Assembly (NCBI GenBank): GCA_041174825.1
Contig: JBEDGC010000005.1
Coordinates: forward strand, 2,105 to 66,104
DNA length: 64,000 nt
Origin: Pseudomonadota bacterium
GTDB lineage: Bacteria > Pseudomonadota > Alphaproteobacteria > Sphingomonadales > Sphingomonadaceae
Reading direction: 5' to 3'
Shown here: positions 1 through 9,304 of the stretch, piece after piece
Layout of the letters: each line of letters starts with the position of its first letter
Position numbering within the stretch: position 1 is the first letter of the stretch
Position numbers and translations under genes: made by a program
Notes under the pieces: generated by a model
What the model saw: the letters and a program-made list of their open reading frames with translations, nothing else
Databases searched by the model: none
Told to the model about the DNA's origin: nothing

Positions 1-1938
1 GCTGAGGTGCTCGATTATCTTAAGGCAGAAAACGCCTATTTTGAAAGCCAGATGGCGCCCTTGACGCCGCTGATCGACACGATTTTCAAGGAGATGAAGG
101 GCCGGATTAAGGAGGATGATTCCTCCGTGCCGCAAAAAGATGGCGATTATCTCTATTGGCGGCGCTTCCAATTGGGCGCGCAATATAAGCAGTGGTTGCG
201 CAAGCCGGTAAAGGGCGGCGCGGAAACGATCATCATCGATGAAGCCAAGCTTGCTGAGGGCAAGGAGTATTTCCGGCTGGGTGGTGTCGCGGTGGCCGAA
301 AATGATCGCATCATGGCCTATTCCACCGACACTGATGGATCGGAACGATACACCATTCGCTTTCGCGATCTGGTGACGGGGGAGGATTTGCCCGATGTGA
401 TTACCGGCACGGGCGGAAGCTTTGCCTTTACCAAGGACAGCAGCTTTCTTCTCTATACGCCGGTCAATGACAATTGGCGCAGTGAAAAGGTGATGCTGCA
501 CAAGCTGGGCACCCCAGTCGCGCAGGATAAAATGCTGTTCCATGAACAGGATATCGGCTTTCAGGTCGGTGTCGGGATGACCCATTCTGAAAAATATCTC
601 CTCATCGCGACTGGTGATAATGTGACGAGTGAGGTCCGCCTGCTGCCTGCGGACAATCCTTTTGCCGCGCCCATATTGGTGCGCGAACGCCGCCCCGGTG
701 TGGAATATGATGTGGAAGAGCATGACGGCACGCTTTTCATCCACACCAATGACACCAGCCCGCAATTCCGGCTGGTGACAGCGCCGATAGCCAAGCCCGG
801 GGAATGGACAGAGCGGATTGCCGCCTCGCCGCGTTTTTACATGACCGGGGTCGCCACATTTGCCGATTTCTTCGTTGTCGAAGGCCGCGAAGATGGCCTC
901 GATCAGGTGGAAATTCACCCCTATGCGGGCGGCACGCCAAAGCGGATCAAATTCCCCGAAGCGACCTATACAGCCGGGCTCGATGATAATCCCGAATATC
1001 GCGTGAAAACGCTGCGCCTCTCTTATGAATCCATGGTCACGCCCGACACGGTGATGGATTATGATGTGACGACAGGGGCTATGACGACGCTGAAGGTGCA
1101 GGAAATCCCAAGCGGCTATGACGCCAGCCAATATGCAACCGAGCGGGTGGAGATCACCGCGCGCGATGGCACCAAGATTCCGGTGTCAGTTGTCTATAAA
1201 AAGGGCTTTGAAAAGAACGGCAATGGCCCGCTCTATCTCTATGCCTATGGCGCATATGGCTATGCCGTGCCGCCGGGATTCTCGACCTTGCGTCTCTCGC
1301 TGCTGGATCGGGGCTTTGCCTTTGCCATTGCGCATATTCGCGGCGGTGATGATCTGGGCCAGCAATGGTATCTGGATGGAAAGCTCACCAAGCGCACCAA
1401 CACGTTCAATGATTTTGTCGACGCGGCCAAGGGCATGATCGCCCTTGGCTTTGCAAAGCCGGGCCGGATTGTGGCGGCCGGCGGATCGGCCGGCGGGGAG
1501 TTGATGGGGGCGGTTGTGAATTCTGACCCACAGCTCTTTGGTGCGGTCGCAGCGCATGTTCCCTTTGTCGATGTGTTGAATACCATGTTGGATGACAGCC
1601 TGCCCCTCACGCCGGGCGAATGGCCGGAATGGGGCAACCCCATCACCGACAAGGCGGCCTTTGACTTTATCCGTAGCTATAGCCCCTATGATAATGTGCG
1701 CCCGCAGGCTTATCCGCCGCTCTTCGTCACAGGCGGCCTCAATGATCCGCGCGTCACCTATTGGGAGCCGGCCAAATGGGTGGCAAAACTGCGTGCGACC
1801 AAGACCGATCAGAATCTGCTGTTGCTCAAAACCAATATGGGCGCTGGGCATGGGGGCAAATCTGGCCGGTTTGACTCGCTGCGTGAGGATGCAGAAGAAT
1901 ATGCCTTCTTCCTCTCCCAACTGGGCATGGCGAAATAA
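1..1938 (+). CDS. ptrB: Oligopeptidase B / S9A prolyl-oligopeptidase-family serine peptidase (5' end cut by window edge)
   Basis: Reading frame is open to base 1. The C-terminal alpha/beta-hydrolase domain has the GGSAGG nucleophile-serine motif and a distal GAGHGG. Layout and length fit protease II. Confidence 0.85.
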   Translation, partial: AEVLDYLKAENAYFESQMAPLTPLIDTIFKEMKGRIKEDDSSVPQKDGDYLYWRRFQLGAQYKQWLRKPVKGGAETIIIDEAKLAEGKEYFRLGGVAVAENDRIMAYSTDTDGSERYTIRFRDLVTGEDLPDVITGTGGSFAFTKDSSFLLYTPVNDNWRSEKVMLHKLGTPVAQDKMLFHEQDIGFQVGVGMTHSEKYLLIATGDNVTSEVRLLPADNPFAAPILVRERRPGVEYDVEEHDGTLFIHTNDTSPQFRLVTAPIAKPGEWTERIAASPRFYMTGVATFADFFVVEGREDGLDQVEIHPYAGGTPKRIKFPEATYTAGLDDNPEYRVKTLRLSYESMVTPDTVMDYDVTTGAMTTLKVQEIPSGYDASQYATERVEITARDGTKIPVSVVYKKGFEKNGNGPLYLYAYGAYGYAVPPGFSTLRLSLLDRGFAFAIAHIRGGDDLGQQWYLDGKLTKRTNTFNDFVDAAKGMIALGFAKPGRIVAAGGSAGGELMGAVVNSDPQLFGAVAAHVPFVDVLNTMLDDSLPLTPGEWPEWGNPITDKAAFDFIRSYSPYDNVRPQAYPPLFVTGGLNDPRVTYWEPAKWVAKLRATKTDQNLLLLKTNMGAGHGGKSGRFDSLREDAEEYAFFLSQLGMAK

Positions 1939-1955
1939 TCGGGGCTGTCACAAGC

Positions 1956-2348
1956 ATGGCTGCCTTCACCCAATGCTTCACGCCCGACCCGGCGGATATT
2001 GATGAGCTGGGCCATGTGAACAATGCCGTTTGGGTGCGCTGGATTCAGGATATGGCAACCGCCCATTGGGCTGCCGTTGCCCGGCCCGAAGATCAGGCGG
2101 CCTATATTTGGGTCGTTGTCCGGCATGAGATTGATTATCTGGGCAATGTCGGGCCGGGGGCGGCGGTGGTTGCGCGCACCTGGATTAGCGACCGACCCAA
2201 GGGCGCACGGTTTGACCGCAATGTCGACTTCACCGATGCCGCGGGCAAAGTCATTGTACGCGCCAAAACCACTTGGGCGATGATCGATAAAGCCTCTGGG
2301 CGGATTGCCCGCGTCCGCGATGAGATTGCCGCCCCCTTTTTTGATTAA
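1956..2348 (+). CDS. Hotdog-fold acyl-CoA thioesterase (4HBT/YbgC-like)
   Basis: 130 aa with N-terminal DELGHVNNAVW motif typical of 4HBT-type thioesterases. Confidence 0.7.
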   Translation: MAAFTQCFTPDPADIDELGHVNNAVWVRWIQDMATAHWAAVARPEDQAAYIWVVVRHEIDYLGNVGPGAAVVARTWISDRPKGARFDRNVDFTDAAGKVIVRAKTTWAMIDKASGRIARVRDEIAAPFFD

Positions 2349-2403
2349 CCGATAAGGGCATGACCTGTTTCCATCCGTGCCGGATATGATCTAGGGGGAG
2401 GGC

Positions 2404-4224
2404 ATGCCTCCGCAACATCCCGCCACGTCTGATACGTCCAGCCTCGACTTTGCCGTGATGCGGCGCTTCATCCCCTATCTTTGGCCCAAGGATGCGCCCG
2501 GCCTGCGCGGCCGCATCGTGCTCGCCATGCTGTTGGTTCTGGCGTCCAAGGCGGTGCAGCTCAGCATGGGCTTTGTCTATGGCAAAGCCATTGATCAGAT
2601 GACACCCGGGCTGGAGCCGCAGGTGATCCTCCCCATTGCGCTGGTTGCGGCCTATGCGGGCGCGCGGTTTTCAGGCGTACTGTTCGATAATTTGCGCAAT
2701 GTTGTGTTTGAGCGTGTTGGGCAGGATGCGACCCGTCGCCTTGCCGAACATGTCTTTGGCCACCTTCATCAATTGAGCCTGCGTTTCCATCTTGCGCGAC
2801 GCACCGGGGCAGTCACCAAAGTCATTGAGCGCGGAACCAAGAGCATTGATGTGATGCTCTACTTCCTGCTGTTCAACATTGCGCCGACCGTCATCGAACT
2901 GGCGGCTGTGATGATTATTTTCTGGGTGAAGTTTTCCGGCGGGCTGGTGCTCGCAACGCTGGCGATGGTCATTGCCTATAGCGTCTTCACTCAGCGCGTG
3001 ACGGACTGGCGCAATAAGCTGCGTGAGGAAATGAACGACATGGATACAGCGACTGTCGCCCGTTCGGTCGACAGTCTGCTCAATTATGAAACGGTCAAAT
3101 ATTTCAACGCAGAACAGCGCGAGGCCGATCATTATAGCCGGGCGGCGCGCCGCTATGCCAATGCCGCTGTGCGGTCAGAAAATTCGCTCGCCTGGCTCAA
3201 TGTTGGGCAGTCTTTCATCACCAATGCCCTGATGGCAGGCGCAATGGGCTTCACCGTTTGGGGCTGGTCACAAGGGCGCTTCACAACAGGTGATGTTGTC
3301 TTCGTCAATACGCTGTTGGCGCAGCTGTTCCGTCCGCTCGATTTGCTCGGCATGGTCTATCGCACCATTCGGCAGGGTCTGACTGATATGGGCGCGATGT
3401 TCGACCTGATCGACACCGAAACCGAAGTGAAAGATGCGCCCGGCGCGCCTGCCTTGGCGATATCGGGGGCGGCAGTTGCCTTTGAAGATGTGCATTTTTC
3501 CTACGAACCGGATCGCCCGATTTTGAATGGGGTGAGCTTTCAAATTCCGGCGGGCAGAAAGCTTGCCGTCGTCGGGCCCTCGGGTGCGGGCAAGTCTACC
3601 TTGGCGCGGCTGCTCTTTCGCTTTTACGATGTGACGGGCGGGCGGATCACAATTGATGGGCAGGATATCCGCAATGTCACCCAAGCCTCGCTGCGCGCGG
3701 GCATTGGCATTGTCCCGCAAGACAGCGTCCTGTTCAATGATACGATTGGCTATAATATTGGCTATGGCCGCGATGGGGCGGGGCAAGAGGATGTGGAGGC
3801 CGCCGCGCGCGGGGCGCAGATTCATAATTTCATCGCCACCCAGCCGCGCGGATATGACACGCAAGTGGGCGAACGCGGTCTGAAACTTTCAGGCGGGGAA
3901 AAGCAGCGTGTCGCCATTGCGCGGACATTGCTCAAAGACCCACCCATCCTCATCCTCGACGAAGCGACCTCGGCGCTCGACAGCCGGACAGAGGCCGATA
4001 TTCAAGAGACGCTGGCCACAGTTTCGGAACGCCGCACAACCATTGTGATCGCCCATCGCCTCTCCACCATTATTGATGCGGATGAAATCATCGTGCTTGA
4101 GGCTGGCCGTCTGGCGGAGCGCGGCACACATGCCAGCCTGCTGAAACAAGGCGGGCTCTATGCCGATATGTGGGCGCGCCAACAGGCGGAAGAGGATGAG
4201 GAAAGCGACGTTGCGGCTGAGTGA
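2404..4224 (+). CDS. ABC exporter, fused permease/ATPase, Atm1/HMT1-like
   Basis: Six-TM exporter domain followed by an NBD with Walker A GPSGAGKST, signature LSGGEKQRV and Walker B ILILDEATSALD. The ~600 aa length and N-terminus resemble Atm1-type exporters. Confidence 0.9.
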   Translation: MPPQHPATSDTSSLDFAVMRRFIPYLWPKDAPGLRGRIVLAMLLVLASKAVQLSMGFVYGKAIDQMTPGLEPQVILPIALVAAYAGARFSGVLFDNLRNVVFERVGQDATRRLAEHVFGHLHQLSLRFHLARRTGAVTKVIERGTKSIDVMLYFLLFNIAPTVIELAAVMIIFWVKFSGGLVLATLAMVIAYSVFTQRVTDWRNKLREEMNDMDTATVARSVDSLLNYETVKYFNAEQREADHYSRAARRYANAAVRSENSLAWLNVGQSFITNALMAGAMGFTVWGWSQGRFTTGDVVFVNTLLAQLFRPLDLLGMVYRTIRQGLTDMGAMFDLIDTETEVKDAPGAPALAISGAAVAFEDVHFSYEPDRPILNGVSFQIPAGRKLAVVGPSGAGKSTLARLLFRFYDVTGGRITIDGQDIRNVTQASLRAGIGIVPQDSVLFNDTIGYNIGYGRDGAGQEDVEAAARGAQIHNFIATQPRGYDTQVGERGLKLSGGEKQRVAIARTLLKDPPILILDEATSALDSRTEADIQETLATVSERRTTIVIAHRLSTIIDADEIIVLEAGRLAERGTHASLLKQGGLYADMWARQQAEEDEESDVAAE

Positions 4225-5989
4225 GGGGGGTGACGGCCCTTCCCACCTTGATCAGCTGCACACCGTCTTTGGCTATAGCGCCTTTCGCGGGGTGCAGGCC
4301 GATGTGATTGGCCGGGTGCTGGCGGGCGAGCGGACGCTGGCCGTCATGCCGACAGGGGCGGGCAAATCTTTATGCTATCAACTCCCGTCTGTGATGCGGG
4401 CCGGGACATGCGTCGTCATCTCCCCGCTGATCGCGCTGATGCAGGATCAGGTGCGCGCTGCCGATGCCGTGGGCATTCGGGCGGCAACCCTGACCTCTGC
4501 GGATGATAATCGGGCAGAGACGATGGCCCGCTTTCGCGCGGGCGATCTTGATCTGCTCTATGTCGCTCCAGAGCGCGCCTCGACCCCGGACTTTCGCGAT
4601 CTCCTGACGCAAGGGAACATCACCCTCTTTGCCATTGATGAGGCGCATTGCGTGTCGGAATGGGGGCATGATTTCCGGCCTGATTATCGCCTGCTCGCCC
4701 CCTTGATGGATGCCTTCCCGCAGGTGCCGCGTCTGGCGCTGACGGCCACGGCCGATGCGCATACGCGCGGTGATATATTGGCCCAATTGGGCATTCCTGT
4801 ATCCGGTATGATCGTCTCGGGCTTTGACCGGCCCAATATCCGTTATGCCATTTCCGCGCGCGAGAGCGGCACGCGACAGATCATCGATTTCGTCCGGGCA
4901 ACGCCGGGGGCAGGGATTGTCTATGCCCGATCCCGCGATGCAACGGAAAAATTGGCGGCGGCGCTTGCGGTGACGGGTCGGCCCGTGCGGGCCTATCATG
5001 CCGGGCTTGCGCCAGAGGTGCGCCGCGCCAATCAGGCGGCCTTTGTCGCGTCGGAAGATATGGTGATGGTCGCCACCATCGCCTTTGGCATGGGCATTGA
5101 TAAGCCAGATGTCCGCTTTGTCATTCATGCAGGCCTGCCCAAATCCATTGAGGCCTATTATCAGGAAACGGGGCGTGCCGGGCGCGATGGCGATCCGGCA
5201 CAGGCCCAGATGTTTTGGGGGTCAGAAGATTTTGTCCGGGCCCGCCAATGGCTGGCCGAAGTCGATGATCGCCGCCTGCCGGGGGAACGGGCGCGCCTCT
5301 CCGCACTTGGGGCGCTTGTCGAAACCGGGGGGTGCAGACGCGCCATCTTGCTGCGGCATTTTGGGGAGAACCCGCCCGACCAATGCGGCAATTGCGATAA
5401 TTGCCAGTCACCCCCCGCCTTTGCCGATGCGACGGAACTTGCCCGCAAGCTCCTCTCTGCTGTGTATCGCACCGGGCAAAGCTATGGCCTTGGGCATATT
5501 GAACGGGTGTTGACGGGCCGGGCGGATGATCGCGTTGTTCAGCAACAGCATGATCGGCTGTCGGTTTATGGCATTGCAACGGCCGACGAGGCGGCGTTGA
5601 TCAAGCCGGTGTCACGGGCGCTATTGGTGCGCGATGCGTTGCGCACGACGGATCATGGCGGGTTGATGCTGGGGCCGGATGCGCGCGCCATTTTGAAAGG
5701 CGAGGCGCGCGTTGAGATTGCGCTGGCACCGCGCCGCACCTCTCGCAAGCCGGCGCGGGGTGGCGATCATCCGCCCGACCCAATTTTTGATGCGCTGCGC
5801 GCCTGCCGCCGGGATTTGGCCCAAGCAGCAGGCGTTCCGCCCTATGTGATCTTTCACGACGCGACCTTGCGGGAAATGGCGCAGATCCGTCCGCGTTCTT
5901 TGCGCGATATGGCCTTGGTGTCTGGCGTGGGCGACCGTAAACTTGATGCCTATGGCGACGCCTTTCTTGCTGTTCTAAAGCAATATTAG
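4196..5989 (+). CDS. recQ: ATP-dependent DNA helicase RecQ
   Basis: Contains PTGAGKS Walker A, FAIDEAHCVSEWGHDFRP (DEAH box), a Cys cluster CGNCDNC and a C-terminal HRDC-like region. ORF track starts at 4160; the ATG at 4196 has GGAAGAGG just upstream. Start is uncertain. Confidence 0.92.
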   Translation: MRKATLRLSEGGDGPSHLDQLHTVFGYSAFRGVQADVIGRVLAGERTLAVMPTGAGKSLCYQLPSVMRAGTCVVISPLIALMQDQVRAADAVGIRAATLTSADDNRAETMARFRAGDLDLLYVAPERASTPDFRDLLTQGNITLFAIDEAHCVSEWGHDFRPDYRLLAPLMDAFPQVPRLALTATADAHTRGDILAQLGIPVSGMIVSGFDRPNIRYAISARESGTRQIIDFVRATPGAGIVYARSRDATEKLAAALAVTGRPVRAYHAGLAPEVRRANQAAFVASEDMVMVATIAFGMGIDKPDVRFVIHAGLPKSIEAYYQETGRAGRDGDPAQAQMFWGSEDFVRARQWLAEVDDRRLPGERARLSALGALVETGGCRRAILLRHFGENPPDQCGNCDNCQSPPAFADATELARKLLSAVYRTGQSYGLGHIERVLTGRADDRVVQQQHDRLSVYGIATADEAALIKPVSRALLVRDALRTTDHGGLMLGPDARAILKGEARVEIALAPRRTSRKPARGGDHPPDPIFDALRACRRDLAQAAGVPPYVIFHDATLREMAQIRPRSLRDMALVSGVGDRKLDAYGDAFLAVLKQY

Positions 5990-6001
5990 GAGAAGAAGAT
6001 C

Positions 6002-6430
6002 ATGTTTCGCACGCTTACGACTGACATCATGGTGGCCCCGCAAATCAGCGTCGATGCCGTAGCGGAAGCCAAGGCCGCGGGCGTTGCGCTGATCATCAAT
6101 AATCGGCCCGAGGGCGAATCGGATGACCAGAGTCCAGGTGCCGATATTGAGGCCGCCGCGCGCGCCGCGGGGATGGACTATATCGCTATTCCCATCACCC
6201 ATTCGGGCTTCAGCCAACCACAAGTGATGGCGATGGTGGCGGCGCTTCAGGGCGCGCAGGGCAAGATTCTCGCTTATTGCCGGTCGGGCACGCGCTCAAC
6301 CTTGCTTTGGGCGCTGGCCGAAAGTGCGCAAGGGGGCGATCCCGATGCGCTCACCAATATGGCGGCCAAAGCAGGCTATGACGTGTCGCCCGTCCGTCCG
6401 CTCATGGACATGCTGAAGGCGCAGGCCTGA
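6002..6430 (+). CDS. TIGR01244-family phosphatase-like / sulfur-transferase domain protein (DUF442-like)
   Basis: 142 aa with a CX5R(S/T) P-loop (YCRSGTRS). The stop overlaps the next start (TGATG). Confidence 0.65.
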   Translation: MFRTLTTDIMVAPQISVDAVAEAKAAGVALIINNRPEGESDDQSPGADIEAAARAAGMDYIAIPITHSGFSQPQVMAMVAALQGAQGKILAYCRSGTRSTLLWALAESAQGGDPDALTNMAAKAGYDVSPVRPLMDMLKAQA

Positions 6431-6831
6431 TGCTGGCAGAGCTGATCAAATTCGGCGTGTCTTTGGGGTCGATTTTGGCGCTGGCTGGCCTTGCTTGGGT
6501 GTTGAAACTGGGCGGCGATATGCGCATTCGCAATGCCCAGCATGCGCGCGCCATTGCCCAAGAGCAGGTGTTTGATTTCCTCCCGGTCGACATCGCGCTC
6601 GACCGTGCGGGCATGGGTGCGCTGCTTCGGGATGTTGAGGGGCGACAATTGCTACTCCGCCGTCATGGTGCGGCCTTTGTTGGGCGTTTGCTGGACCGAT
6701 CTGTTGATGCCCGGCTCGATCAAAATTTTCTGATTCTCGACACGCATGATATTGGCGTCCGCCCGATCACCCTGAACCTTGGGGAAGATGCGCCTGTCTG
6801 GGCCTCAGCTTTAAGGCGCTTACCCTCATGA
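6430..6831 (+). CDS. Hypothetical membrane-anchored protein
   Basis: N-terminal hydrophobic helix (FGVSLGSILALAGLAWVL). Translationally coupled on both sides (TGATG, ATGA). No recognisable domain. Confidence 0.4.
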   Translation: MLAELIKFGVSLGSILALAGLAWVLKLGGDMRIRNAQHARAIAQEQVFDFLPVDIALDRAGMGALLRDVEGRQLLLRRHGAAFVGRLLDRSVDARLDQNFLILDTHDIGVRPITLNLGEDAPVWASALRRLPS

Positions 6832-7778
6832 TGACGACATTTCCCAACCCAATTGATTTTGCGGTTCCGGCCTTTGTGCTGCTGATCGTACTTGAAATGA
6901 TTTGGGCCAAGCGCCGCGCGCCCGAAAAATATGAGCCGAAAGACACGCTCATTTCGCTTTCCATGGGCTTTGGCAGCACGGTTGCGGGCCTCATCGTTGC
7001 AGGTGGCGTCTATACGATGGCGGTTGCGGCCTATGATGTTCGGCTGACGACCATTCCTTTTGCTTGGTGGGCCTGGGGCCTGTGCTTTGTGCTGGATGAT
7101 CTTGCCTATTATGCTTTTCACCGGTCGGCCCATCGGGTGCGCTGGTTCTGGGCGAGCCATGTCAATCATCATAGCAGCCAGCATTACAACCTCTCCACCG
7201 CGCTGCGGCAGACATGGACGGGCTTTATCGCGGTCAGCTTTATCTTTCGCTTGCCGCTGATGTTGATTGGCTTTCATCCGGCCATGGTGTTTTTCTGCGG
7301 CGCGATAAACCTGATTTACCAATTCTGGATCCATACCGAGGTGGTGGATCGCTTTCCGCGTTGGTTTGAGGCGGTGATGAACACGCCCAGTCATCACCGC
7401 GTCCATCACGCGACCAACCCGCGCTACCTCGACCGCAATTATGCCGGTGTCTTCATCATCTGGGATCGGATGTTTGGCACCTTCACGCCGGAAGTGGCGG
7501 AAGACCCGGTTCGCTATGGGCTGGTGCGGCAAATTGGCAGCTTCAACCTGATTTGGGTCGCCTTTCACGAATGGGTCGGCATTGCGCGCGATCTTTGGTC
7601 GGCCCCATGGCGGCACAAGCTTGGCTATATTTGGAAACAACCCGGCTGGTCGCATGACAATAGCCGCGATACAAGTGATCACATTAGGCAGAGATGGCAG
7701 GACAAACAGGCATGGAAGACTTCGACATCATCGTCATCGGTGGCGGATCAGGAGGCAGCGCAGCCGCCGGTCGGCTGA
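6828..7778 (+). CDS. Fatty acid hydroxylase / sterol desaturase family membrane enzyme
   Basis: Histidine boxes HRSAH, HVNHH and HHRVHH, plus several TM helices. Confidence 0.85.
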   Translation: MMTTFPNPIDFAVPAFVLLIVLEMIWAKRRAPEKYEPKDTLISLSMGFGSTVAGLIVAGGVYTMAVAAYDVRLTTIPFAWWAWGLCFVLDDLAYYAFHRSAHRVRWFWASHVNHHSSQHYNLSTALRQTWTGFIAVSFIFRLPLMLIGFHPAMVFFCGAINLIYQFWIHTEVVDRFPRWFEAVMNTPSHHRVHHATNPRYLDRNYAGVFIIWDRMFGTFTPEVAEDPVRYGLVRQIGSFNLIWVAFHEWVGIARDLWSAPWRHKLGYIWKQPGWSHDNSRDTSDHIRQRWQDKQAWKTSTSSSSVADQEAAQPPVG

Positions 7779-9298
7779 GCGAGGACGGGCGCTATAGCGT
7801 CTGCGTGATTGAGGCAGGGTCCAAGAATGAGAGCTGGCGTATCATCGCGCCGGGCATGCTTCCCTTTCTGCCCAAAAATTCCAATTGGCGGTTTGATACG
7901 GTTCCGCAAAAGGGCCTGAATGGCCGTCCCGGCTATCAGCCGCGCGGCAAAGGGCTGGGCGGCTCCTCCGCCGTCAATGCCATGCTTTATATTCGCGGCT
8001 GTGCCTGGGATTATGATAATTGGCATAAGCTTGGAGCCAAGGGCTGGAGCTATAAGGACGTGCTGCCCGTCTTCCGCCGGGCCGAAGCCAATGTGCGCGG
8101 GGACGATAAGTTTCATGGCGGCTCTGGCCCCTTGTCGGTCAGTGATCAGCTTTGGCCCAATCCCGGCAGTGTTGATTTTGTGGAGGCCGCTGCCGAACTG
8201 CAGCTGCCGCGCAACCCGGATTTCAACGGAGAAAAACTGGAAGGCGTTGGCGTCTATCAGGTCACCCAGAAAAAGGGCGAACGCTGGACGGCGGCCCGCG
8301 CTTATGTTCTGCCGGCTCAGGCCGCAGGGCGGCTCCATGTGGAAACCGGGGCGCAGGTTGAGAAGATCATCATTGAAAATGGCAGGGCCACGGGCGTGCG
8401 CATCCGGCAAGGGCGCACAACACGCACGCTGCGCGCGCGCCGGGCCGTCATCCTGTCTGCCGGGGCCTTTGGTACGCCGCAAATTCTGATGCTGTCGGGC
8501 ATTGGTCCGGCTGATCATTTGAAGGCGCATGGCATAGAGGTGCTGGTGGATCGGCCCGCCGTTGGGTCTGATCTGCAAGATCATATTGATTATGTCGCCA
8601 GCTTCAAAACCGGAGGCAGCGTGTTCAACGGCACGACCCTATCTGGATCGATGCGGTTCTTACGTTCCATCTTTGAATGGCGGTCAAAGCGGACGGGGAC
8701 GTTGACCACGCCCTATGCGGAATCGGGCGGCTTTGCCAAAACCCGTGCCGATGTGACCGTGCCGGACGTGCAGTTTCACTTTGTCCCGGCGATGCTCGAA
8801 GATCATGGCCGGGAATCGGTGAGCGGTGCGGGCTATTCCATCCATGTTTGCGTGCTGCGGCCTTACAGCCGGGGCACCGTGCGCTTGGCGAGTGCGGACC
8901 CCATGGCGGCCCCGCTCATTGATCCCAATTTCTTAGATGATGATCGCGATATGCAGGTGCTGCGTGATGGGGTGAAGCTGGTGCATCGCATTGCTGCTGC
9001 GCCGGCGCTGGCCAAGCATCAGGGCGTGGATCGGCATGCAACGCCGCTCGACGATGATGCTGCGCTCGATCATCTGATCCGCAGTCGCGCCGATACAGTC
9101 TATCACCCGGTGGGCACGGCCCGCATGGGGTCGGACGACGCGGCGGTGTGTGATCCTCAGCTGCGTGTGCGCGGGGTAGAGGGGCTTTATATTGCCGATG
9201 CATCGGTGATGCCGCGCCTTGTCTCTGGCAATACAAATGCCCCGTCCATTATGATTGGGGAGCGCTGTGCTGACTTCGTGAAGGCAGATCTGGGCTAA
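7712..9298 (+). CDS. GMC-family FAD oxidoreductase (choline/alcohol dehydrogenase-like)
   Basis: N-terminal DIIVIGGGSGGS Rossmann motif and C-terminal HPVGTARMG / NTNAPSIMIGE GMC signatures. Start placed at MEDFD (7712); the ORF track begins at 7694. Confidence 0.9.
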   Translation: MEDFDIIVIGGGSGGSAAAGRLSEDGRYSVCVIEAGSKNESWRIIAPGMLPFLPKNSNWRFDTVPQKGLNGRPGYQPRGKGLGGSSAVNAMLYIRGCAWDYDNWHKLGAKGWSYKDVLPVFRRAEANVRGDDKFHGGSGPLSVSDQLWPNPGSVDFVEAAAELQLPRNPDFNGEKLEGVGVYQVTQKKGERWTAARAYVLPAQAAGRLHVETGAQVEKIIIENGRATGVRIRQGRTTRTLRARRAVILSAGAFGTPQILMLSGIGPADHLKAHGIEVLVDRPAVGSDLQDHIDYVASFKTGGSVFNGTTLSGSMRFLRSIFEWRSKRTGTLTTPYAESGGFAKTRADVTVPDVQFHFVPAMLEDHGRESVSGAGYSIHVCVLRPYSRGTVRLASADPMAAPLIDPNFLDDDRDMQVLRDGVKLVHRIAAAPALAKHQGVDRHATPLDDDAALDHLIRSRADTVYHPVGTARMGSDDAAVCDPQLRVRGVEGLYIADASVMPRLVSGNTNAPSIMIGERCADFVKADLG

Positions 9299-9304
9299 CC
9301 AGCC

